64,000 nucleotides of DNA from Paraspadella gotoi (taxonomy: Eukaryota; Animalia; Chaetognatha): positions 18,395,454-18,459,453 of the forward strand of contig CM119264.1 in assembly GCA_051294375.1 (NCBI GenBank), read 5' to 3'. The notes beneath the pieces are model-generated. The model worked only from the letters and a program-made list of their open reading frames with translations. It ran no database searches and had not been told where the DNA came from. Within the stretch, counting starts at the first letter, position 1; every line of letters begins with the position of its first letter. The position numbers were made by a program, and so were the translations under genes. Shown piece after piece: positions 1-11,129 of the stretch.

Positions 1-365
1 GTGGTGATCGCGCTTCCGGGTCGGAGACGAAGGGTTTACTGTTATGAGTCTTCCGGATAATAAAGAATCCTTAAAAAAAAGAGGAAAAAAGGACAATAAA
101 AAAAAAGAAAAAAAGGTCGTGACGTAAAGAGAGAAAGAAACACGAGATTTTCGCGAGGCCCAAGGAAAGGGTTCATGGAAGCGACCGCGAGTTTCGAAGG
201 ATAAGGTGTGAACGACGTGAACCGGAAAAAAATCAAGTGAAGGTGTGGAGAGAAGATTATGATAAGAAAACGAGACTCGTATAATGGAAGGTGGTAGGGG
301 GAGATGAAGGGGTGAAATTTGAAGAAAGGGATTAGAATGAACGTTTAAGAAAAGTCTCCCTCGCT

Positions 366-742
366 CGCCTTGAAGGAATTTTCAGTTGGAGAGAGTGGGG
401 AGAGAGAGAGAGAGAGAGACTGACGGAGACGGAGAAGAGAGAGCAGAGAGGAGGAGAGGGAAGGGGAATGAGCGCTTTGAAGGAATCGGGTGAGAGAGTG
501 GGGAGAGACTGAGAGAGCGGAAGAGAGAGAGAAGGAAGAGAGAGAGAAGAGGAGGGGAGAGAGAGAGACGAGAGAGAGGATTGAAAGCGTTTAAGGAATT
601 TCAGGTGGAGAGAGTGGCGAGAAGAGAGAGAGAGGAGAGAGGGAGAGAGAGGGGAGGAGAGAGAGGGGAGAGAGAGGAGGGAGAGAGGAGAGAGAGGAGG
701 AAAGAATGAAAGGCCGTTTGAGGAATTCAGGTGGACGAGAGA

Positions 743-780
<38 letters not shown>

Positions 781-899
781 AGGAAGAACGGAGAGCGAGA
801 GAGGAGAGAGAGAGAAAGAAATGACAAGCGTTGAAGGCAATCAGGTGGCGAGAGTGGGGAGAAAGAGGAGCAGATGAGAGAGAGCAGAGAGAGAGAGAT

Positions 900-935
<36 letters not shown>
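366..935 (+). repeat. Degenerate tandem repeat, about 115-125 bp unit x5
   Basis: Recurring core gcgttt(g)aaggaatt(t)caggtggagagagtggg at about 368, 471, 587, 713 and 828, separated by GA-rich tracts. Confidence 0.8.
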
Positions 936-936
<1 letters not shown>

Positions 937-1129
937 TGAAAGAGTGAAAATAGATTTTGCACCAGGATAGAACGTGGCAACCGGGTGATTGAGGACGAGG
1001 AAAAATCTCGTTATTGCCTAAGAGAGAAGGAAGCGAAACAGGAAAGAAGAGGAACAAAGAAGGAGGGAGGGAAGGAAAAAAGAGGAGGATGAGGAAAAAT
1101 AAAAGACGGTAGAATGATTTCGTTTGCAA

Positions 1130-1455
1130 ACGTTTGCACCTCGTGTTTTGTATTCCGAGCTGCTTCGTCCGATGCCAGATAATAAAGTTCAGGTGAGTAT
1201 TCGGGCTCAGAACCGGACGACCCGTCAAGCAAGGCATGACACCTCACGAGCGGCCCACGGTGAATACCCAAACGAGTTCCGAAGCACAAATACGCGGTCC
1301 TTCTTCAAGCAAACAATGTGGTCATGGAATAAGCTTTCTTACGACACAAACGTGTCTCGCCTAAAATGGTTTAAGGTTCACCGAATTCACTGCCATCAAA
1401 ACGCGAACTTGGGTCGTTGGAACGGATCTCCTCGTTGGACTTTTATAAATTGACT
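1130..1455 (+). mobile_element. 3' remnant of a CR1/L2-group LINE ORF2
   Basis: Peptide SELL..MP...RTTRQA...SFFKQTMWSWNKL...L.WFK resembles the typical CR1/L2 ORF2 C-terminus (R.TR...SFF..T...WN.LP...L..FK). Confidence 0.6.
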
Positions 1456-4066
1456 TTGCAGAGTTTTAATATCTTAACTATCAAATATTATCTTATATAT
1501 GAGTGAATAAGAAATCGTTAGTTCGATTAGATTTACTTAGATTAGATCAAATTGCTCCTTTGAAACTCCTGAAACAAAACAAAAAAACATTACTTTCGAA
1601 GAAATATTTCCTCGGAAACAAAAATTGTTCTGCTCCGCCCACGGAACAGAAACAGTTCCCCGTTCTGCTCGCGAAACGTCGAAGCAGGCAATCGAGTTCC
1701 TCCCCATCGATCTCCCTCCCTTCGTCATTTCTCGTCTGCGCTGAATTCCGAATCATATTTCCAGTAGACTCGAGAATATTCTTGACCTCCTCCTCCTTCT
1801 CCTCCTTCTCCGCATGAGTTTCATCGTTTCCCCTCCTCTTCCTCCTTCTCTCCTTCCTCTTTCACATTCGTCCTCCTCTCTTTCTCGTCAAACGGATCAT
1901 GATTTAGCCGATATAAAAAGAAAAATGAGAAGAGGAAAGAGAGAGAAAAAAAAAGAAGAACGCAGTTGGAGACGTTTCCAGGCGCGCCACTATCAAGCCG
2001 CCCCCCCCCTACTTGGCGCGCCATTTATTTAAGTTTGGCGCCAGTGTTTGCGCGCACATAATCGTGGGGGCGACAGTTGGAGTGACGGTTTTGTTTGACT
2101 GAGTCATCCGATTGGGATAATACAGTGTCCCTGGAACAGATAATGACGAAAAAACAGAGAAAAACGTTTATTTTGAAATTGGAAATTACCGTAACATTGA
2201 GCTAATTATCGCGGGAACATCGTTGCAAGGATCAAATTCCATGCAACGACTCCGTGGTGCAAGTTCGTGGTTTGCGCGTTAGGCTTCACAGCGTCCCTGA
2301 TTACGGGTTTGGGTCTAACGGAATGTCCTTCGCCTTCTGATATTGTTGGCTCGTTTTAGGGAATCGTTGGCGCAAAAAAAAGAGAAACCCGGTTCTGTGG
2401 CGCCATTTCGGGATCTCTATTTAACGAGTGTCTTCTCCTTACTTCTCTCAGCTCACCAATCTTCTTCTCAAACGTTAACAAGCATATCTTCCTTGACTCA
2501 CCACTTGGATCATCCTTTAAACTAACGAGCATTTTGCGTCACTTTAGACGAATAACGTCTAAACTCAACTTACCCCGTCAGATCTCGTCTCTAGTCACCA
2601 GGGAGGCGACCGTTAAACCAGGAAGAGATGTTTATGCGCCAGCCGAAAAACTCGGAACCTCGCGCCATAAATACGCGAGGATTAGGGAAACAAGGCGGGC
2701 GAGACAACGACGATAGGGGCTCGTGGGGCGGACGGAACTGAGATGAGGACGTGGACGACGACGATGACGACGACGATGACCGACGACGATGTCTGAAAAA
2801 TATGGGTAACGCATCCGACTAGACGTTAACTATGGAGATTCAAGATGGGGGCAGTCACTAAAGAAATTATGACTTTTTTATTTAAGTAATTAAGTATTTA
2901 AGAAATTCGTAATTAAAAAGATAGAGCAACGAAAACCATAAGTAGATATGCTGTGAAAATAACAATGGCGAAGACAACGACCTCTCCTTGAGGAATGAAA
3001 ATGACCGCGAAGACGTTTTAGACGACGACTACAAATGAAGTAAAAAGACGAAAAAAAAAATGAAAGGAAACTGAATTACAAAGGATGTGAGAAGAATAAT
3101 AATTATGAAACCGAGTGGATATGACATGAAATCTGATGAGTTAGAAGAAAACTAAAAGAAAAGAACAACGAGCAAAAAAAAAAAAAAAAAATAGAAAGTG
3201 GAGAAAAATTCGTAGTGCCTGAGAGAAATACAAGAAAACCTATCGTGATGAGTATGGATGGCTCACATTATCGAAGTCTGTAAAGCAATAGCCATACCAA
3301 CAGCTCCCCATCCGTTGGTTTGGTCGAATACAATACAATACAGTACAATACGGGTTCGACAGGATCGAATCTGACGTGAGCAACTGTGAGTCTTGAAAAC
3401 GGGCAAAAAGGTTTTTGTCATCTCCACTTCCTTTTTGAGCAGGGAGACATTTTGATCATTTTCACTAAGAATAAGAATACGTAAGAAAACCGCTTGACTT
3501 GAAAACGGATAATCCGACGACGACCGAAGACAAGAAAAGCTTCTTACCATAAAATTGAATACATTTTCTTCTTTTTTTTTTGTGTCACTTTATTCTTAAT
3601 TTTCGCTGATGTGTCATCTAGTCAAAAAAAAAAGGGAAAATTTGGTTTAAACATTAGAATCTTCTTCATTCCTCCTCCAAGCTTCACTTCAACTCAACTT
3701 CCACCTTAACGGATGCCAAGAGAGAGGAGAGAGAGGAGAAGAGAGAGAGATGAGAGACGAGAAGAGGAGAGAGAGAGAGAGAGAGGAGAAGAGAGAGAGG
3801 TTCCTCATTGAGCAGAAGCGGCGACAGATTCACGCAAATGTGAGAATTTATGGCGTCGGCCAAAAAACCATTTGGATTCGCCGGTTCGCAGGCCGGAAAT
3901 TTCGACTCGCCGGAATCTGAACGGAATGCGTTGGACTTACTCGCAGGAGTAAAATAGGAGTGGTGGGTATTGGAATCATTTAGCTTTAAGATACAATTTA
4001 AATGGGTTGTAGTAAATATGTATTACCTTTTTCGTAAAAACTGACAAAAAAAAGCAAAAATCGCAA

Positions 4067-4109
<43 letters not shown>

Positions 4110-5235
4110 TAGGAAGGTTTCCTCATCTTTCAAGAAGCTGAAGAAAAAATGTGTCCGGATCATAAAGGATTTGATGGAGAGGAATTCGAATCCATTTATC
4201 GAGAAAACTTCTCATCAATCAAAAGTGAGAGCGCCAAGTCTGCAGACACTGCCAGTCTATCTAACTGGACTCCAAGGCGACCATCGAGTCGGTGCCTTTG
4301 AATTAAGTTTATAAGAATATTGTTAGAATAAAAATTAAATCTTAACCATCAAATCAAATAAAACAATCATAATTGGAAAAGGTCGAAAAAAACGACGGAA
4401 ACATAGATACCGACGTTTGGTATTTGGTCGCTAAAATTTGGAAACACAAAGTATTACATTAATTGAAAATTTATTCTCACAAGCGATATATCACCATAAA
4501 CTGGTAAAAATTTTATTCTCACTCATAAAAAAACACAAAACACGCATCACAGTCTCACTTTCACCAAAACTCACACGTATAAACTCTCAAAACAACAAAA
4601 AATATCACAATAAGGAAAATAATAATTACTTTCAACTCTCGCCCACCCGGTTCAATCAGCGTTCAATCGATTTATGCTTCACTTGCTCTTCGCATCTGCT
4701 ATCCAAGAAAAACCTTTTGTTTTTATGCGAAGAAAAAAGAAAACAAATCGAGAAATAAAAAAAATATGATCGGGAATTAATAAAAAAAAGGGGGAGCTTT
4801 TATTGGAAACTTGTTGTTTCGCTGATTCGATTCCATGGTGACGTAAAGGCTCAATACAAGCGGCAACATTGGAAAGAAAATTGTTAAAACCTAACAGAAA
4901 AGAGATGAAGGGAGAAATGATTCAACTGATTTCGTCGTCTTCGACCTCAGTCGACGGTATATAGCAAGCAGCGAATTTTAGTCAAATGAATCGGAAGTCA
5001 ATACAATATAAAGAAAAAATTAACATACAATTAATGTTAATATAAATAAATTGCCTTTTGTAAATTTAAAAATCACTACTCTAGGAAAAGATGACTACAG
5101 TTGTTAGCACAAACAATAATTGTAATTGTCGTGAAGAAAAATTATTGTCGACGATTTCAACGTAATTTTTTGTTTTTTTTTTTTTGCTTGCCCTTCACTT
5201 CAAAGAGAAAAAAAAAGAACAGTGTGATAGGTGAT

Positions 5236-5268
<33 letters not shown>

Positions 5269-5464
5269 AGAGAGGATGAGAGAGAGAGAGGAGAGAGAGA
5301 GAGAAGAGAGAGGAGAGAGAGAGAGAGAGTCTTCTGCTTATTGGAAACCGAAAGGAAAAATGGAAAAATGACAAAGAAATCAACTTCTAGGACATGGCGT
5401 TTCAGTCAACAACTTAACGTCGTTTCCATATTCTCGTCCTCCTTCTTCAATTTTCTTTCATTCT

Positions 5465-6023
5465 TCATACCTTCTTCTCTTCCTTCCCGCCTTTCTCCCT
5501 CTTTCCTCTCTTCCCTCCCTTCCTCTCCTCCATCTCTCGTCCGTAGAGGGCCTTCCGCACCCAGTAGGCCTCCTTCTTGACGCTGACGGCGACGTCCTTG
5601 GGCACGTCGGGCACGATCCATGCGAGCACGTCGCGGGCGAGGAAGATGACGTGCTCGAAGACGAGGACGAATGCGACCTTGGCCAGCATGACCTCGTACC
5701 AGTCGGTCGTCCGCTCGTAGCCCCTGTCCGAACCGGCCCGGAAGTCCCGGTAGAAGCAGGTGTGGTTCAGAGGGCGGAAGTCTGTGTCTGGTCGCGTCTC
5801 GTTGTTGAAGGAGTCCACGTCAAAGGCGGAGAGCGTCCAGGAGGCGAAGCCTCGCAGCGTCCCGTCAGAAGAGGACGTCAACTTGTAAACAGAGCGCTCG
5901 ATGAAGTTGGAGGTGAAGGCGATGACGAGGGCGTTGATGGTGACGGCGAGGTATGCCACCGAGTTGAGGATGTAGAACCAAGCGCCGATATCTTTCACGC
6001 GCATGGGCCGTTGGCGGCGGAGG
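5465..6023 (-). CDS. Anoctamin exon 10 (TM9-TM10, C-terminus)
   Basis: Acceptor ctcccag|C; [16 protein letters not shown]...CFYRDFR...FVLVFEH...IVPDVP; stop TGA at 5467..5465. The AAG|GTATGA end could also be a donor to a further small exon. Confidence 0.92.
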
Positions 6024-9000
6024 CTGGGAGAAATATGATCGTGAGCAATCTTACAAATAGAGCTGGGAAGCCATGTGCTTGCTTTCTTGCCTGGTTTAAC
6101 TTCAATTCGCCTCGCTCGATTGCATGCTCGCTTTACTATTTCCCACAACTCGCCTGCAAGTGAACTTGTTCGCATCCAGCCTGATCTCGATGACGTTGTT
6201 GAGCAGGGCGAAGAAGGGCGCCAGCGGAAAGGCGGCGACGAAGAGAGAGACGAACCCAAACTGAATAACCATCTCCAAGTATTCGTTGAAGAGGCCGAGG
6301 TCGCCGATCTCCGCCAGTGCGAAGTCGCGTTCCCATTGCGGGAGGTCCTTCAAGTCGATCTCCGGCTGTGGTTAGAGAATATCAATTGTACTAGCGTTGT
6401 TTCGGCAGATAATGTTCAAAAACCTATGGATAAAGCAAAGCAACGCCACTAAAACTTAATTTTAAAAAGGAATTTTTTTTCCTTGCCCTCATTCTTTTAT
6501 AATTTTAAGTTTTTCTCGATTAAGTCGCCATGACAACGCCGCCATCAACCTTATCTTTCGCGGCGTCGATCTCGTTGCTCTTCTTGGCCATCCTCTCCCG
6601 GTAGAGCTTCATAATCCTCGGCAGGAGGAACTCTTGCACGTTGGAGAAAGTTTGCTTTCCGACCATGATGATGAACATCTGAATGAAGAGCTCGATGAAA
6701 CAGCCTGCCGGGTCGCACTGGTCGTAGCGGGCCGGCGACGTTGAGCGGTGATCTTCGGAATTGTCGAAAAATTCGAAGAATCGACCTTTGGTGGTGAAAT
6801 TGTTATTTAGCCACTATTTAAATCTTTCTAATAAGATTATACACTAGTATATTGAATAATATTCTCGCCGTAAATTTTATTTCTGTTTCAACAAACTCAC
6901 TGATCTTTTTCTGGTTGGCTAACGTTAAAATGCAATAAATCAGATTAACATTATTACCTCGCTTACGGTGTGCTAATTGAGTTGGTAGAACCAATATAAA
7001 AAATTTTCCATTCATTCAACAAATAAGCTATCCTGCCCCTGACTTTGGACAGGCTTTGGTGGTTTAAGGCCTCCATCACTCTTACAAAATAATGACATTT
7101 ATTCTCTGCTTAAAATAACATTTTTGTGTTATTTCTTTCGCTTTATTGCGCTCTTTGCTTGAGATTAGAATTAGTTTTGACCGAACCCTTGAAAAAAGCG
7201 ATGTAGAAGATAGAGGCGTAAAAGTTGACGAACTGAAAGCAAAACATTTTGAGAGTGAAGGAATCCTCGTAGTCCTTGTCCGTCTTTTGAGTCTCCAATT
7301 TGGTGATTTTGAGAGCGAGAGAAGCGTAAACTTTGTTGAGAAACATGATGATGATCAGATTAATCAAAGCCGCCGTGACAGAGACGATTATTTTTGAATG
7401 ACTCTTCACCGTTTCCAGACCCTGGGATTTGCATTTTGAATAAATGATTGATACTTTGTCAGCTAAAGTTAGAAAAAAACTTTATAATTAAAATACTAGA
7501 GATCAGACCTTATCATCGGCCTCCATCCTGTAGAGAACGATTCTCATGGTGACTCGGTAGAAGATGACGCCCACAATGGCGATAAGGACGCATCCAACGG
7601 CCAATAGGGCCACGCACATCCCCGTCAAGTAGCGGGGGATGCGCTTCCAGGCCGGGAAGACCGGCTCCAGCACCCCACTGATCGGATTGACCCGCTTCTT
7701 GGAGCACTTGGCTTCGTAGTCCGGCCGGATGCTCACCTCGTCTTCGAAATCTTCCAAGTCCCAGTAAAATGTTAGAGCTGCCTAAATGAAGACAATTTTT
7801 TTTTCTTGCTTTCTTAAAATCCAGAAAAAAATAAAAGATTGCAGAGAGTAATACAGAGACTTTGGCTTACCTTATAGTCTACCATTTTTGTATTGCATTG
7901 ACATTACCTGCCTCCTCTTCCAAAATTCCAAGAAGAGAACGGTCCAGACGGACATGATGAAAGCGAAGAAGACAGTGAAATCGTTGTCAAAAACCGAAGT
8001 GATCCGTGCGTAATCGCAGCTGTCTCCGAGACGCCAGTAGGAACAGAATGGTTGGCGACATTGCGGGCACATGGTCCTAAAGTATCCAAGTATCCATCTT
8101 AAAATTGCCTTTTTTTCCAACCCGATTGTCATATTATCTTATATTCTCTTATATTTTCTTATATTCTTATATCCCCCTGGTGATGACCTGTTCCCGTCGC
8201 CCGTTGGATCGCATATCTCCTTGGTCCCAAAATCCCCGGCGACGGCGCCAAACCCGTACAAAGTGGCCACGATGCCGAGAAAGGCCACGGGAATCAGAGT
8301 CACTGTGTAGAACCCGAGCCAGGCGAAGTAGATGGCGATCTTTTCGCCAAAGTATTCCCGAATCAGATGGAAAGGCTGCTCCTTGTAGAACTGGGAGAAT
8401 CGGCCCCAACTGTAGTAGAGGCGCTGCCGGTCGGGCACGTCCGTGTCGGTGGGTCCGAAAGCGTGGAGGGCGTCGGCGGGCACCTGGGGGTGAGGTTTTA
8501 ATTAATGTAGCAGAGTTAAAGAACAATAGATTCATAGGTATATACATGTTTTTTTTTTTAAACCCTATCTGTTTTTCAGCCTTTTATAACCAACGTCTCC
8601 AGCTAACCTCAGGATTCCCATCGTGCAGCGGAAAGGCGGCGTCGTAGGTTCCCTTAGAGAGAAGCGGCTCGATGCCGACTAGTCCGGCGTCGTCGTCGTC
8701 GTCGAAGGCGGCGCGGACGAGAATGTCGAAGACGAGACGACTGCGTTGAGCGGGAGAGAAAAAGGTGTCCTCGTCGCGGATGTCGAAGACGTCCTTTGGG
8801 GAAAGTGGAAGGTGCCTTTATCCTTCTTCGTTTAATTGTAAACTAGTTTCTTAATTTGTTTTCTTTTCTTTTGTTTCTATTGTTTTCTTTGGCTTTCTTT
8901 TCTTTTTTTTTCGTTTCTTTCTTTTCTTTTTTCTTTTTTTTTTCTTTTCTTCTCTTTTTTCTTTACTTTTGACTTTTTTTTTCAGTCTTTCCATTTTCTT

Positions 9001-10154
9001 TTTATTTCTTTTTCTTACTTTCATTCCTTTTATTTCCTTTCTTTCATCTTCAACTTCCCCGCTTTCCCTCCTCCAACCTGTCGGTCGCGCATGAATCTAC
9101 ACGTGTAGACGTCGGCAGGTGGAGGGACGACGTTGGGATCCAGACGAAAGGGTCGCGTGAGTCCGCGCCAGACCGTCTTCAATCGATCCTTCATGGCGCC
9201 GCGGCGACCTGGCCGGCGCTCCTCCTCTTGCTTGCAGTGATCTCGATCCAAGCTGCCGTCGTCGAGGCGCATCATGCCGATGTCGCCGGTGTGCTCCACG
9301 AAATCGTCGAGGGTGGCCGGGTCGGCGTCGCGGAAAAGCTCGTCGCGCATCGGCATCTTCAGTCTCATCATCTCTGCGCGGAATCGGAGGACGTCGAAGG
9401 GGGCGTGGATGAGGACGTATCTGGAATGGAGATTCGTGAAAATCTACAAATCTTTTGTATTGTCGCATTTGTATTTCAGTATTCATCGGTGTGAAACACC
9501 GGTATCTCTTGCCAAATCTAATCAAATTTGTCGTTCGGTCCAATTTTTAATTATTTTTCATTTATAAATGATTAATAATCGTTTAGTTTATATTTACATA
9601 GCTCACCTCGTGTCCCCATCGAGCGATATCCTCTCCTCGATCTCCAACCCGTGCGCCTCAACCAACTCCGCCTCGAAGACTTCCCTTCTCTTCCGATGTT
9701 CCTCTTCTTCTTCGTCGTGGTGATCGGACTCGCGCCCGGCGCCGCCCTCTGACCCGGCGCCATCCGAAGTGACGCCGTGAGCGAGCACGTAGTCGATGCG
9801 TTTCTTGGCGGCGCCGCGAAAGTAAATGGATCGCCGATTATCAAACGCTGCGGCGCCGGTATCGGCGTCTGCCGGGTCCATGGCGGCGCCGTAGACTTCG
9901 GCGAAGGGATTGGTCGCAGTCATGGCGCCGTTTGAGGAGGTTGTCGTCGTCGGCGCCGGTGGTGATGTTGAGTCATTGGAGAGAGGGGCGTTGATCGTGG
10001 GCGTTGAAGTGGCGGTGGAAACGGCGTGAGCGACGGTTGTTTCGTCAGCTTTTGTGAGCGTCGATTCAGCCGTCGTTGTCTTCGTCGTCGGCGTCGTCGT
10101 CGTCGGCTTCAAATCGTCTTCATCTACGAGACCCGTGAATTTAAAATCCGCCAT
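5465..10154 (-). CDS. Anoctamin/TMEM16 family Ca2+-activated chloride channel or phospholipid scramblase, 10 exons: join(10154..9607, 9420..9078, 8793..8608, 8483..8188, 8076..7908, 7781..7509, 7421..7187, 6785..6550, 6365..6154, 6023..5465); 3057 nt = 1018 aa + stop
   Basis: Manual splicing gives one open frame with family motifs in order: [155 protein letters not shown]. All intron phases are compatible. The paralogue cannot be assigned without a tree. Confidence 0.95.
6154..6365 (-). CDS. Anoctamin exon 9 (TM7-TM8, Ca2+-binding acidic residues)
   Basis: Acceptor ccacag|CCG; PQWERDF...[15 protein letters not shown]...[15 protein letters not shown]; non-canonical donor AG|gcgagt. Confidence 0.93.
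6550..6785 (-). CDS. Anoctamin exon 8 (TM6; absent from the ORF track)
   Basis: Acceptor ccaaag|GT; GRFF...[36 protein letters not shown]; donor AAG|gttgat. Confidence 0.92.
6982..7098 (+). repeat. Dispersed ~120-bp repeat, copy A (anoctamin intron 7)
   Basis: Near-identical to the reverse complement of 25672-25790 (gcccctgactttggacaggctttggtggtttaaggcctccatcactcttac). Confidence 0.9.
7187..7421 (-). CDS. Anoctamin exon 7 (TM4-TM5)
   Basis: Acceptor cccag|GGT; [14 protein letters not shown]...[29 protein letters not shown]; donor AAGG|gttcgg, phase 1. Confidence 0.93.
7509..7781 (-). CDS. Anoctamin exon 6 (TM3)
   Basis: Acceptor tttag|GCA; [15 protein letters not shown]...NPISGVLEP...GVIFYR; donor AAG|gtctga. 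Confidence 0.93.
7908..8076 (-). CDS. Anoctamin exon 5 (TM2)
   Basis: Acceptor tttag|G; [14 protein letters not shown]...[28 protein letters not shown]; donor CAG|gtaatg. Confidence 0.93.
8188..8483 (-). CDS. Anoctamin exon 4 (TM1)
   Basis: Acceptor ccccag|GTG; [25 protein letters not shown]...EICD; donor AG|gtcatc. Confidence 0.93.
8608..8793 (-). CDS. Anoctamin exon 3 (absent from the ORF track)
   Basis: Acceptor cccaaag|GAC; [25 protein letters not shown]...[15 protein letters not shown]; donor GAG|gttagc. Confidence 0.92.
9078..9420 (-). CDS. Anoctamin exon 2
   Basis: Acceptor ttccag|A; [23 protein letters not shown]...CRFMRDRQ; donor CAG|gttgga. Confidence 0.9.
9607..10154 (-). CDS. 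Anoctamin exon 1 (Thr/Ala-rich N-terminus to ...ISLDGDTR)
   Basis: ATG at 10154; IYFRG..KRIDYVL motif; donor AG|gtgagc, phase 2. The true start could lie in an upstream exon. Confidence 0.85.
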
Positions 10155-10418
10155 CGGATTCCGGATTTGGGAGACAATTCTTAGTAATTTTTAAACTACT
10201 TCTACTTGCTAAATATTGCTTTTCAAATATTTTATTCTCATTCGACTCAATATAAACGGACTCTGTTTTCTTTTCTCTTCCATTTCGTGGTCATCGAAAC
10301 GAAAACATAAAAATTGAAAAAAGGAGAAATTTTTTCGCCCGCAAAAGTTGACGCTCCTTGTGTGCGGCTGGTATGTTGAATTGTTGATAGTGTGATATGC
10401 GGGCGAGATATTTCCCTT

Positions 10419-10496
<78 letters not shown>

Positions 10497-11089
10497 CTCA
10501 CTCTTCTCTCTCTCATCTCTCTCTCTCTCCCTCTGTTTTGCGATAACACGACAGAAAATTGAACGTAAAATGTAAAAACAGGAAAGTAATTTATCCAATA
10601 AAAATAAAAATCACACATTCCAAATATAGACCGATTATTATCATACAGAAGGGAAGGAATGAGTAGGAGAAAGAGAAAAAGGTATTTAAGCGGAAGTGAA
10701 GAGGAAAAATAAAAAAAATTATAAAGAGAAGAAAAGAAAGAAAAATTTAAAAATGAAAGGTAAGAAAAGAGTATTTTTTGCTAACAGGTGGAGCAGTCAG
10801 AAGAAAAAAAATTTTCGCGATATTTATACCGTTTTAATTCTACTTTAAGCCAGCAGTATTGCCATCGATTTAGAACAAAAAGAAAATTGTGACGCTCTTT
10901 AACTTTTTAAAATATTTTACAATCGAACACTGTTTCATTTTTTACTTTGGATTTGAGTATTTTCTGCGATTTCTTATCGTGGAACATTGGTCGGAGTCTC
11001 TTGTTGTCATTCCAGTCGAAAATCGAAAAAAAGAAAAAAATAGAAAAACTAAACAAATCAACGGATCGACGCAAACGTGGGGTAGGAGG

Positions 11090-11129
<40 letters not shown>

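Noticed and set aside
366-935. CRISPR-like repeat-spacer pattern
   Set aside because: Repeats are degenerate, spacers are long low-complexity GA tracts, there are no cas genes, and the context is eukaryotic with spliceosomal introns.
5651-9567. Plus-strand and alternative-frame ORFs overlapping the anoctamin exons
   Set aside because: Shadow ORFs of GC-rich coding exons.
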